From Planctomycetota bacterium (lineage in GTDB: Bacteria; Planctomycetota; SZUA-567; H5-PLA8), in assembly GCA_045863855.1 (NCBI GenBank), contig BTVV01000070.1, positions 1 to 31,102 of the forward strand: a stretch of 31,102 bases of DNA, in the 5' to 3' direction. The notes under the pieces are model-generated. The model did not search any database and was not told where the DNA came from. It was given only the letters and a program-made list of their open reading frames with translations. Within the stretch, counting starts at the first letter, position 1. Every line of letters starts with the position of its first letter. This document shows, piece by piece, positions 1 through 8,268 of the stretch. The position numbers and the translations under genes are program-made.

Positions 1-90
1 CGGCCCAACGAGGCCGCCGCGCGCATTTGTGCCGCCTGCACGGACGCTCTAATCGCTGCGTCAACCATCCAATTCAAAATCCAAAGTTAA
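1..90 (+). CDS. Possible 3' end of a CDS entering from the left edge (RPNEAAARICAACTDALIAASTIQFKIQS*)
   Basis: Frame 1 is open from base 1 to TAA at 88-90 and converges on the GT2 gene. It is too short to identify. Confidence 0.3.
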   Translation, partial: RPNEAAARICAACTDALIAASTIQFKIQS

Positions 91-143
91 ATACGCCGCC
101 GCCGAAACCTCGAGCCGGCCCGCGATCAACGATCGCTCGCGCC

Positions 144-1013
144 TCAATCCAGCAAAGGCAGATCCTCCGGGACCTGCTCCAGCGTCACCGTCTCGATTTG
201 CGCCCACTTCCAGTCCTTGTCTGAAGGTCCGCCTTCGGTTTCGAAGCGGTGCTTCCACTTTTGCTTGAACTTCAGGCCGTTCTTCACGGTCAGGTAGGGA
301 TAGTTGAGCGCCCCGGTGCGGCCGGTGGTGACGTTCTCGAAGTGGTACAGCTCGACGCTCGGCTCGTAGCGGCAGGTGTACCCGGCTTCGCGGATGCGGT
401 AGCAGTAGTCGATATCCTCGAACTGCACCGGCGAGAAGCGTTCGTCGAGCATCCCCACTTCGCGGGCGACCGACGACTTGAGCATCCAGCAGGCGCTGAT
501 CAGCGTCTGGCATTCGCGCGGCCTGTTCCATTCGGGCGCGCTACGCTTCTCGCCGCGCCCGCTGAAAATCACCTGTCCGCCCGTGGTCACCTGGCAGCCG
601 GCGCATTGAATGTCGTGCGGCGGAAGCGGATAGACGAGCTTCGGTCCGACGACGCCCAGTCTCGGATCGGCGTCCAGCACCGCACGCAGCTTCTCCAGCC
701 AACTGCGCGTGCGCACCACCGCGTCGTTATCGAGGAAGACCCAGTGCGCGCCGCGCAGCAAGCGCATGCCTTCGTTGCGGCCGACGATGGCGCCTTTGTT
801 TTCGTCGAGGTTCAGGATGTCCGTCTCGATCCGCTCTTCCTGCGCCAAGTTCTGGAAACGCTCGAAGACCTCGTCGGTCTCGTCGGTGGAGCCGTTGTTG
901 ACCAGCACCACGTGGAACGGCCGCAGCGAACTCTTCAGCAGCGCGTCGAGCGTCCGGCGCGTGTACGCGGCCTTGTTGTGGGCGAGGATCAGGATCGAGA
1001 GGTCGGAGCGCAT
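144..1013 (-). CDS. Glycosyltransferase family 2 (GT-A fold), 289 aa
   Basis: It has an N-terminal LSILILAHN strand, VLVNNGSTD, a DxD-type FLDND, SACWML and FEDIDYCYR..AGY, all typical of GT2. A GGAG RBS lies upstream. Confidence 0.93.
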   Translation of the reverse strand: MRSDLSILILAHNKAAYTRRTLDALLKSSLRPFHVVLVNNGSTDETDEVFERFQNLAQEERIETDILNLDENKGAIVGRNEGMRLLRGAHWVFLDNDAVVRTRSWLEKLRAVLDADPRLGVVGPKLVYPLPPHDIQCAGCQVTTGGQVIFSGRGEKRSAPEWNRPRECQTLISACWMLKSSVAREVGMLDERFSPVQFEDIDYCYRIREAGYTCRYEPSVELYHFENVTTGRTGALNYPYLTVKNGLKFKQKWKHRFETEGGPSDKDWKWAQIETVTLEQVPEDLPLLD

Positions 1014-1117
1014 GCGTCGAGTTTCTCCGCTGGCGTGAGTGAGGGCCGGCGCACATCCTAGCGCAGGCCGTCCGTTCTTGCGGAGGCAAACCGCCGCTCC
1101 TGCTCCGAGGTCACCTG

Positions 1118-2488
1118 TTGCCGCTCTCCTTGACCGAACTTACTGCCGCCGAAGCACTCTGCGCCGACGCCTTGGCTTTGGTCGAAGCCGCCGAGGGCGC
1201 GGAAGCCGAGCGACTCCGCGCGAAACTGGGCCCGGCCGGATCGAGCCGCTGGAACGTGCTGCTGTCCGGCTTGCGCAGCGTCGGGAAGAGCAGCCTCGTC
1301 TGCATGCTCTGGGGCGACGCCGAACTGCTGCCCACTGCCGTTCGCGATTGCACGCAGACGAATACGCTGATCCGCACGCCGCGGGACGGCGAGGCCGAGC
1401 GCGTCCTAAAGGTGGAGCACCTGCCGCGCGAGAAGGCGCTCGACTTCGCCACTCGCGATCTGGCGTACGTGCGGCTGGCCGAGTTTCTCAAAGAGCAGGA
1501 CGGCCCGCTGGGCGCACGGCTCGAGAATTTGCCCGCCGAAGCCCGCCTGCGCCGCGCCTGCGAAGATGTACGCAAGCTTTTCAAGCAGCGCAGCGACCTC
1601 GCGGTCCTGCACGATCACCTCAGCGACGACCTCGACCGGCTTGACGCGTTCTTTGCATTCCTCGACGCGCCGGAATATCGCCCCGGCGAGGTGGTCGAAG
1701 CGCCGTGGGACGAGCGCCGCGACCACCTGATGGGCCGGTTGCTGCCCGACGGCCGGCGACTGGACGTGGGCCGCACGCTCGCGTACCGGCACGTCGAGCT
1801 GATTCGCGCCACCGATCGCTTTGGCGGCGAGCCTCCCGAGCTGATCGATACGCCCTGGATTCCGGCCTTCCACAACGCGCGCCGCGCCGATCTGATTCTC
1901 GAACGCGCGCGCGAGGCCGATCTGTTGCTGGTGGTGAGCCTCCCCGAGCCGTACGAGCCCGAGCCGTGGCTCGAAGAGTTCCTCAAGGCCTACCCCGAAC
2001 GCGCCGGTCGTATCGCGCTGCTCTTCAACCAAGTCGATACGGTAGACACGCTCACGCTTTTCACGCGCGAAGGCTTCGCGCAGCGCTTCGTCGAGAACGT
2101 CGAGAAGCTGGCCAAGCGCGGCCTCGATCCGCAGCGCGTTTTCCTGAGCTGCGCGCGGCTGCCGTTCCTGGAGCAGGGGACACGCGATCCGTTTTTGGTC
2201 GAGCGCGTTGCCAAATTGAAGGGCACGCTCGAGAAACTGGCCAAGCTCGCGATCGACCGTTCGCAAGGGTTGTTCAAGGAAAAGCTGATTCAGGCTTGCG
2301 ACCCCGCCGGCGAGGGCGGATTGCGCGCCCTGCGTGCGGGACTGGAGTCGCTGGGACTCGAGCTGCGCCGCAAGCGGGTGGGGGAGGCGCTGAAAGCGCT
2401 GCGGATGTTCGGCGCCTTCGACGTTCCGCCGGAGCATCGTGCCGCGTGGCCGGCTCTGCAGCAACGCGTGAAGGAAGCGCTGGGCTAA
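1118..2488 (+). CDS. Dynamin-like / Dynamin_N family P-loop GTPase with divergent motifs, 456 aa
   Basis: G1 is GLRSVGKSS (GxxSxGKS). G2-like is LLPTAVRDCT, G3-like is LIDTPW and G4-like is LFNQVD. The C-terminus looks helical. The TTG start is preceded by GAGG. Confidence 0.75.
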   Translation: MPLSLTELTAAEALCADALALVEAAEGAEAERLRAKLGPAGSSRWNVLLSGLRSVGKSSLVCMLWGDAELLPTAVRDCTQTNTLIRTPRDGEAERVLKVEHLPREKALDFATRDLAYVRLAEFLKEQDGPLGARLENLPAEARLRRACEDVRKLFKQRSDLAVLHDHLSDDLDRLDAFFAFLDAPEYRPGEVVEAPWDERRDHLMGRLLPDGRRLDVGRTLAYRHVELIRATDRFGGEPPELIDTPWIPAFHNARRADLILERAREADLLLVVSLPEPYEPEPWLEEFLKAYPERAGRIALLFNQVDTVDTLTLFTREGFAQRFVENVEKLAKRGLDPQRVFLSCARLPFLEQGTRDPFLVERVAKLKGTLEKLAKLAIDRSQGLFKEKLIQACDPAGEGGLRALRAGLESLGLELRRKRVGEALKALRMFGAFDVPPEHRAAWPALQQRVKEALG

Positions 2489-2495
2489 GCGTGCG

Positions 2496-3821
2496 TCAGC
2501 TTCCCGCGACGGCCACGGATTGCGGAGCCACCAGCATCGCGTAAGGCCCTTCGGGGATAACGGCGATGCGCGCACGCGGATGTTCGCGCACGTAGGCGTC
2601 GATGAAGGCTTGAGTGCGTTCGGCCGCACCAACGGTACCCGCCACGGGATGAACGCTTAATCCGGCTTGCACGCCGGCCTCCAGCCCGTCGCTGACCAGG
2701 CAGAGGCGTTCGGCGCCGATTCGCGCCAGGACGCGCGCCTGCATCTGGTACTGCCACTGATCTTTCGTCGTCACGCCGCTGCGCGCGATGAACTCGAGGA
2801 AGCCGCGCCAGTCGCGTCCCCAACGCTGCATCGTGGCCGTGTACTCCGGGCTGCCGATGCCTTCCGAACAGGCGCTCGCGATGAGAAGCGTCGAATGTTC
2901 GTGCAGTGCGGGCAGCGCGGCGCACATGCCCTTCACGGTCTGGTAGTAGGTGGCGTCGAGCGGGTAGCCGCCGGCGTTGGTGACGACGAGGTCGTAAGTC
3001 TCGTCGAGGAGCACCCCGTTCCAGAGGCCCACTTGCCGGCAACCGGCGAGGTGTGCGGTTTCCAAGTGCCCGCCGTAAATGCCCGCTGGGCTGCGGTTGT
3101 GCGCGATCGCGGCATTGAGCAGGAAATCGCAACCGACGATTCGCGCCACGCGCAGCGCTTCGGCGTGGCAGGGATTTCCGTCGAGCAGCCCATTTTCAGC
3201 CAGCGGATCGCCCATGGTTTTATAGCCGTGAAAGCGCTGGATCGTGGCGAGGTCCACCAGACCCGGGCAGATGCCTTTGCGCCCGCCGCTGAAACCGGCC
3301 ATGAAGTGCGGCTCGATCAGACCCGTCACGATCTTGAAATCGGCATCGACGTAGAGCCGGTTGACGCTCACCGGCGGTTCGGCGCTGACGCGCACGACGC
3401 TTGCGGCGTCCGACGCGAGATGATCGACGACGCGGCACGCGCGCTTCAAGACGCGGCCTAGCATCTCCTCGCGCTCGCGCGGCGTGCTGGGCCGGTGCAT
3501 CCCGGTGGCGATCAGGACCGTGACGTTCGCGTCGGGTACACCTTCGGCATTGAGTGTGTCGAGGAGTTCGCCCACGAGCAATTCGTTCGGAACAGGGCGC
3601 GTGAAATCGCTGATGGTGATGACCGCGTTCTTCGGGGCTTTGGCCCGAATCAGTTCGCGTAGCGGGGGCGTACCCGTGGGCGCGGCCAGCACGCGCCGGA
3701 CTTCGGCGCGCGGATCGGGCAACGCCGGAATCTCCGGAGCTTCCAGGACGCGAGCCGACTCGGGCACGCGAATCGAGAACCGTTCGCGTCCGTAACGAAG
3801 GGGAACCGTGCGGCTGGCCAT
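2496..3821 (-). CDS. larA: Nickel-pincer-dependent lactate racemase family protein (LarA superfamily alpha-hydroxy acid racemase/epimerase)
   Basis: Motifs are SDFTRPVP, IATGMHR, EPHFMAGFSGGRKGICPG, TIQRFH, GGYPLDATYYQTVKG and IPEGP. The start is moved to ATG 3821 (MASRTVPLRYG), which follows a GGAGA RBS. Confidence 0.92.
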   Translation of the reverse strand: MASRTVPLRYGRERFSIRVPESARVLEAPEIPALPDPRAEVRRVLAAPTGTPPLRELIRAKAPKNAVITISDFTRPVPNELLVGELLDTLNAEGVPDANVTVLIATGMHRPSTPREREEMLGRVLKRACRVVDHLASDAASVVRVSAEPPVSVNRLYVDADFKIVTGLIEPHFMAGFSGGRKGICPGLVDLATIQRFHGYKTMGDPLAENGLLDGNPCHAEALRVARIVGCDFLLNAAIAHNRSPAGIYGGHLETAHLAGCRQVGLWNGVLLDETYDLVVTNAGGYPLDATYYQTVKGMCAALPALHEHSTLLIASACSEGIGSPEYTATMQRWGRDWRGFLEFIARSGVTTKDQWQYQMQARVLARIGAERLCLVSDGLEAGVQAGLSVHPVAGTVGAAERTQAFIDAYVREHPRARIAVIPEGPYAMLVAPQSVAVAGS

Positions 3822-3836
3822 CGAGCGCTTCTCCAG

Positions 3837-3867
3837 GCGATGCGGTGCGCGCATCCTACCGCATCGC
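3837..3867. repeat. 10-bp perfect inverted repeat (GCGATGCGGT-N11-ACCGCATCGC) overlapping a candidate -10 box (TAGGAT, minus strand) upstream of larA
   Basis: The arms are read directly at 3837-3846 and 3858-3867. ATCCTA lies at 3853-3858. Confidence 0.55.
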
Positions 3868-3895
3868 GCGCCGTGCGGCTACCGGACGGGTGCGT

Positions 3896-6838
3896 TCAGG
3901 GCGCTTGCTCGGGCACACTCAGCGCTTCGGCCAGAGCCGCGGCCTCTCCGCGCACCCAATCGTCCTCGGCGCGCGCCGCGGCCGCTTGGAAGATCGTCTG
4001 CGCCTTCGCGCGCCCCGCGATTTCGATCAGGTCGGGCAGCAGCCGTGCGTAGCCGAGAAAGAGGTCTTCCGGTCGCTGCATGAGGCGCTCCAGCCAGCGC
4101 GCGGCTTCGGCGTCGGCCCCTTCCACGTACTTCGCGAGCGCGTAGCGCCGCAGCGCCGCTTGGCCCTGCCATGCGGTGTACGGATCGCCTGCTTCACGCG
4201 CGCGCAGCGCCAGCGCCACAGCGGCCGGATCGCCGCGCCGCGCAAACGCCCACAGCGGTCCAACGGCCGTCTGGCTCCCGAAGTGCGGGCCGTCCAGATG
4301 TTCGCCCATGCGATAACGGATCAGGCGGCCTTGTGCGTCCCTGCCGTAAGCGGCTTCGATCTCCTCGATGGAACTTAAGAACAATTCGGCCATCCGGTAG
4401 CCGCCGGCGGTTCGCGGCTTCGGGGCCTCGGTCGCCTGCGCGCCCACTGGGCGCAAGCGTTCCCCGCCCAGCGGCGGATTGCGGTACGCCGTGGTCAGCG
4501 CCTGCGGCCCCGCGCTCAGGCGATGCACGCCCCACCCGGGCAGAAATACGCTTTGCGAAGCAGCCTCTTGCGACCATCGGAAAGTTGGAACTTCCCAGCG
4601 TCCGCACGTTAACGCCACGGCCGATGCCTCTAAGCGGTGCGTTCCGGGCGCCAGGTACTCGGTCCAATCGGGTGAGGATTCGATAACCTGATCGAACGGC
4701 AGCCGGCTTAGTGCTCCGCGCGCGTGCAACATCTGGCTCGGTACGGCCCATGCGGTGCGTTGCGCCGCGCCGCTGGCGGAGGTCAACATGCGCAGAATCA
4801 ACGGCTCGCCGTCGCAGGCGGGAACCAATTCGCACCAACCGGCAGGACCGGCTCGAACCCGCAAGTGACCGTTCGCATGCAGGCGCAACTCCAACCCGCG
4901 TAGCGCATCCTTCGCGGGACTCGCGCTTCCGGGAGTCTGAGCACGGCCGGCGTACTCGGCGAATGCGCTCAGACTGCGCTTTTCCTCTTTGGGTGTTTGC
5001 GGATTCCGCACAAGCGCGGTCAGTTCCTCCGCCGCGCGCGGCGTGCCCAGTTCGGCCAGCGTCCGAGCGACAGCCGCCTTGGGCACCGGCGTGCCTTGGC
5101 CATGCAGCAGCCGGATCGCCTCGTCTTCGATCACTTGGTCGCGCAGGCGCCCGCAGGCTTCCAAAGCGGCCAGGACGACATTCGGATCGCGATGCTTCAG
5201 CAGTGCGCGCACGCGCGGCAGATGCGACTCCGCCGTCAGGTAGGCCAGTGAAAGCAGTTCGGGGCCGAACGGACCTGCACCGGCTTCCAGCGCATCCAAC
5301 GCCTGCTCGGGCGGCGGGCAGGCCGGCGTCGCGCGCGGTCGCTTCTCCAGCCAAGCGCGCAAGTCCGGGTACGCCGGCGTTTCGCCCCGCGCCAGCGCAT
5401 CCAGAAGCTGCGCGCGTTCGAGCGCGAGCGGATCGGCGGCCGCGCCTTGCAACTGTTCGATTCGAATTGGGTGCGGCGGCAGAGCCGCGAGCGTCACCGC
5501 CTCACGCAGCACTTCCGGCTCGTGCACGCGTTCGACCCAGTCGCGCGCGCGCAGCCGCTCGTCGGGATGCGGGCCGAAGCGCTTTTCGCGCGGGCCGTAC
5601 AGGGCGCGCAATAGGTTCGTTTGGGTGTTCGGCGGTTGGCGCTCCAGCGCATTCCAGCCCGCGTCGCCCAGCGGCTCGCCGCGCCGCGTGCGTGCCAGCA
5701 ACAGCTCCGCATCATTTCCTTCGGCGGCGATGCGCTCCAGCAACTCCGCAGGCGTCCCGCGTGCGCTTAGCGCCGCCCGCAACGCCTGGCGTGTAGACTC
5801 TTCGCGGCAAGCGCCGGAGAGAGCCTCCTGCGTGCCGGGATCGTTCGGGTGAGCGCTCAAGAGTGCCTGCAACACCGCCAGTCGATCGGCCGGGCCGCAG
5901 CGCGCGAGCAGCCCCAACAGATCCGCCGCGGGCTGCGCCTCGCCGCTCAAGCGCAGCAGCGCAGCGGGGACTCCATCGGGCAAGGGGCCTTCTCGCCGAA
6001 CGAGCGCCCCCAGCGCTTCGCGCAGCCGCAATCGAAACGCCGCGCGCGTGTCTTCCGTGAGCGCTTTCGAATTCATGGCTGTTTCGATGTGGGCCAAGCA
6101 TTCCGTTCGGCCTTTGGCGAGTTCCTCCAGCAGCCCGGGCAGCGCGAGGTTCGCCGCTTCGTTCAGCACACGCTTGACCCACGCTTCGGGATACGCATTC
6201 GGGGCCAGGAGTTCGGCCAGCGCGGCTTTGGCCGCTCCCGCGTCGGGTTGTTCGGGTTTCTGGAGCAAGGCCGCCAGCGTCGGCGCCGCATAGCGTACCT
6301 TTAATGCCGGTATTTGCACCCTGCCGGCCCAGACGGAATAGCCCTTCCAGTACTCCTGGGGCTTTACGAAGAGACCGAACAGCACGTTGATCTCGCCGTA
6401 TGCGGCCTGGCTGATGCTTTTAAGTTCCAGCGGCAGGTCGAGCGTCGCGCCGGGCTCCAGCGCGACCAAGCGCTTGGCATCGGCCTCGGCATACGGCGAG
6501 CGCTTCAGATAGGCTTCGCCGTCGGCGCGCGTGCCGGTGTTCGTATAGCCGGGATAGGAGTATCCTACAGACAGGCCCGCGTAAGCCGCGCCGGCATCGA
6601 ATCGAAACGCGCGGCGCGCGCGCGCGGTAATCCGCAGAGTGATCGTTGGCACTTCTCCGCACGTATACGTCCGATCCGGCGCGAGAACCTCGATCTGCAC
6701 GTCCTCGGGCTGCGGCTTGAACGGATCGGCCTCGGCGTCCAAGCCGTGCGCGTGCGGAAACTGGAAAAGCAACAACAGCCCAAGTCCAGCCCACCCCAAG
6801 CGCCGAACGCGTTCTCTATAAGGAAGCCGCAGACTCAA
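3896..6838 (-). CDS. Large exported protein with an N-terminal beta-rich domain and HEAT/PBS-like repeats (~980 aa)
   Basis: The ORF 3896..6949 probably starts at TTG 6838, 10 nt after GGAGG. A signal-peptide-like segment RRLGWAGLGLLLLFQFPHAHG follows. HEAT-like repeats include LLKHRDPNVVLAALEACGRL and KAAVARTLAELGTPRAAEELTALV. Confidence 0.72.
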   Translation of the reverse strand: MSLRLPYRERVRRLGWAGLGLLLLFQFPHAHGLDAEADPFKPQPEDVQIEVLAPDRTYTCGEVPTITLRITARARRAFRFDAGAAYAGLSVGYSYPGYTNTGTRADGEAYLKRSPYAEADAKRLVALEPGATLDLPLELKSISQAAYGEINVLFGLFVKPQEYWKGYSVWAGRVQIPALKVRYAAPTLAALLQKPEQPDAGAAKAALAELLAPNAYPEAWVKRVLNEAANLALPGLLEELAKGRTECLAHIETAMNSKALTEDTRAAFRLRLREALGALVRREGPLPDGVPAALLRLSGEAQPAADLLGLLARCGPADRLAVLQALLSAHPNDPGTQEALSGACREESTRQALRAALSARGTPAELLERIAAEGNDAELLLARTRRGEPLGDAGWNALERQPPNTQTNLLRALYGPREKRFGPHPDERLRARDWVERVHEPEVLREAVTLAALPPHPIRIEQLQGAAADPLALERAQLLDALARGETPAYPDLRAWLEKRPRATPACPPPEQALDALEAGAGPFGPELLSLAYLTAESHLPRVRALLKHRDPNVVLAALEACGRLRDQVIEDEAIRLLHGQGTPVPKAAVARTLAELGTPRAAEELTALVRNPQTPKEEKRSLSAFAEYAGRAQTPGSASPAKDALRGLELRLHANGHLRVRAGPAGWCELVPACDGEPLILRMLTSASGAAQRTAWAVPSQMLHARGALSRLPFDQVIESSPDWTEYLAPGTHRLEASAVALTCGRWEVPTFRWSQEAASQSVFLPGWGVHRLSAGPQALTTAYRNPPLGGERLRPVGAQATEAPKPRTAGGYRMAELFLSSIEEIEAAYGRDAQGRLIRYRMGEHLDGPHFGSQTAVGPLWAFARRGDPAAVALALRAREAGDPYTAWQGQAALRRYALAKYVEGADAEAARWLERLMQRPEDLFLGYARLLPDLIEIAGRAKAQTIFQAAAARAEDDWVRGEAAALAEALSVPEQAP

Positions 6839-6859
6839 GGCGAAGCATCCTCCAGTGCC

Positions 6860-7033
6860 GACTACCTTATAATCCGTGTAATCGTTGCTTCCTTGACCGA
6901 TAGGGTGGGAGGCCACCCTGTACAGTCTATGTAACATGTTTATAGTCAAGTAGATGCAGATTCAAATGAGCTCTTGAGCGTAAAAATAGAAAAAGCGCCG
7001 TAAACATATATGTATTGGTGTATCTCCATTCAG
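6860..7033. promoter_or_regulatory. AT-rich divergent promoter region with candidate operator palindromes
   Basis: AT content is visibly high against the GC-rich flanks. Palindromes are CTGTACAG (6918-6925), AACATGTT (6933-6940) and ACATATATGT (7004-7013). The region lies directly upstream of a GntR-family gene. Confidence 0.5.
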
Positions 7034-8248
7034 ATGAGTACATCGACCCATAACCCCCTGCGCCGCAAGCCGCCCAAGCACGAGCGGGTTCGCGAACTGT
7101 TGCGCGAACGCATCATGACCGGGGCCTACCCGCCGGGCATGGCGCTGCCGCCCGAAACCGAACTGCCCCAGCAACTGCGCGTCAGCAAGATCACGGTTGT
7201 CCGTGCTTTGAACGATCTGGTCCGCGAGGGCCTGATCGTGCGCCGGCGCGGCCGCGGCTCGTTCGTGGCCGATCCGGAACTTCGTCCGCTGATTCCCGGC
7301 CGCTTCTTGCGGCTGGGCGTGCTGATGTCGTCCTCGGTCTTCTCCGATTTTCGCTTTGGCTCGTTGCAGGCCAAGATGCTCCAAGGCGCGCTGGCGCAGT
7401 GGGGCCTGTCGCGCACGCCGTCGCAATTTCCGCGGGTCCGAAACGACGAACCCACCCGCGGAAGCTGGGTCAGCGAACCGCACGGATGCCTGGTTGAAGC
7501 GCTGGGGGAGGCGCACGACGAACACCTCCGCCATCCGTCTCTGCAAGCCGTGCGCGAAGCGCGCTACGACGGCTTGCTGGCGTTGAGCATCATCGAAGAA
7601 AGCTGGCTCGCCGAGCTGCTGGCCTTGCGCATTCCCACGGTCCTCGTCGATTATCCCAACGAACGCTTTGCCCTGGAGGCCGACCAAGTCTTTTTCGATC
7701 CGCTGACAGGGTATCGCGCCGCGGTGCGCGCGTTCGTCGAACGCGGACTGACGCGCATTCACTTCGTCGGCTGCCTGACCCATCAGCCTTACGAATCCTT
7801 CGATGCAATGACGTCCGACGCCGATTTCTACAATCCGCTCAAAGCCCGACTCGATCCGGATACCTTCGTGCGCCAAAGCGCCTGGCGTCAGGCGCTGGAC
7901 GAAGCCGGCATCGCGCCGGGGCCCGATTGGGCGCATCGTATCTTTACGCTGGAACGCGATTACGCGGCGCTGGCGACGCGGTTCCAGATGCTTCCCGAAA
8001 CCGAACGCCCCCAAGCGGTCCTGTGCCACAGCTTGACGCACGCCGCGCGCTTGGTCGAACTGTGCCGCGCGCGCGGATTCGAATTGGCCGGAGCCGGCGC
8101 GGGCGAAGCACCGTTGGAAAACGCGCAAGCCATTCGCGCCGAGCCCGGCGCGCTGGGACGAACCGCCGCCGCTCTGCTGCTCTGGAAGCTTCAACAACCC
8201 GAACGACCGGTCTTGCGCGTAGGCGTGCCGATGACGCTCGACGCGTAA
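7034..8248 (+). CDS. GntR-family transcriptional regulator with a C-terminal LacI/periplasmic-binding-like effector domain (AraR-type architecture)
   Basis: The wHTH reads KHERVRELLRERIMTGAYPPGMALPPETEL...VSKITVVRALNDLVREGLIVRRRGRGSFV. The C-terminal part has YDGLL, IPTVLVD, GLTRIHFVG and RPQAVLC, resembling LacI-type domains. The start is ATG 7034 or 7010. Confidence 0.88.
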   Translation: MSTSTHNPLRRKPPKHERVRELLRERIMTGAYPPGMALPPETELPQQLRVSKITVVRALNDLVREGLIVRRRGRGSFVADPELRPLIPGRFLRLGVLMSSSVFSDFRFGSLQAKMLQGALAQWGLSRTPSQFPRVRNDEPTRGSWVSEPHGCLVEALGEAHDEHLRHPSLQAVREARYDGLLALSIIEESWLAELLALRIPTVLVDYPNERFALEADQVFFDPLTGYRAAVRAFVERGLTRIHFVGCLTHQPYESFDAMTSDADFYNPLKARLDPDTFVRQSAWRQALDEAGIAPGPDWAHRIFTLERDYAALATRFQMLPETERPQAVLCHSLTHAARLVELCRARGFELAGAGAGEAPLENAQAIRAEPGALGRTAAALLLWKLQQPERPVLRVGVPMTLDA

Positions 8249-8268
8249 GCATGACCAGGAGCCGTACT

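Noticed and set aside
66..90. Degenerate ATCCAA/TTCAAA/ATCCAAA short repeat
   Set aside because: It has only 2-3 imperfect units. It is not an array and may be coding sequence.
6839..6949. Annotated N-terminal 37 aa of the 1017-aa ORF
   Set aside because: It runs through the AT-rich promoter region. A GGAGG-TTG start at 6838 gives a proper signal peptide.
7927..8250. N-terminal extension of the 841-aa track ORF
   Set aside because: It overlaps the GntR gene in another frame. The RBS and signal peptide point to a start at 8269.
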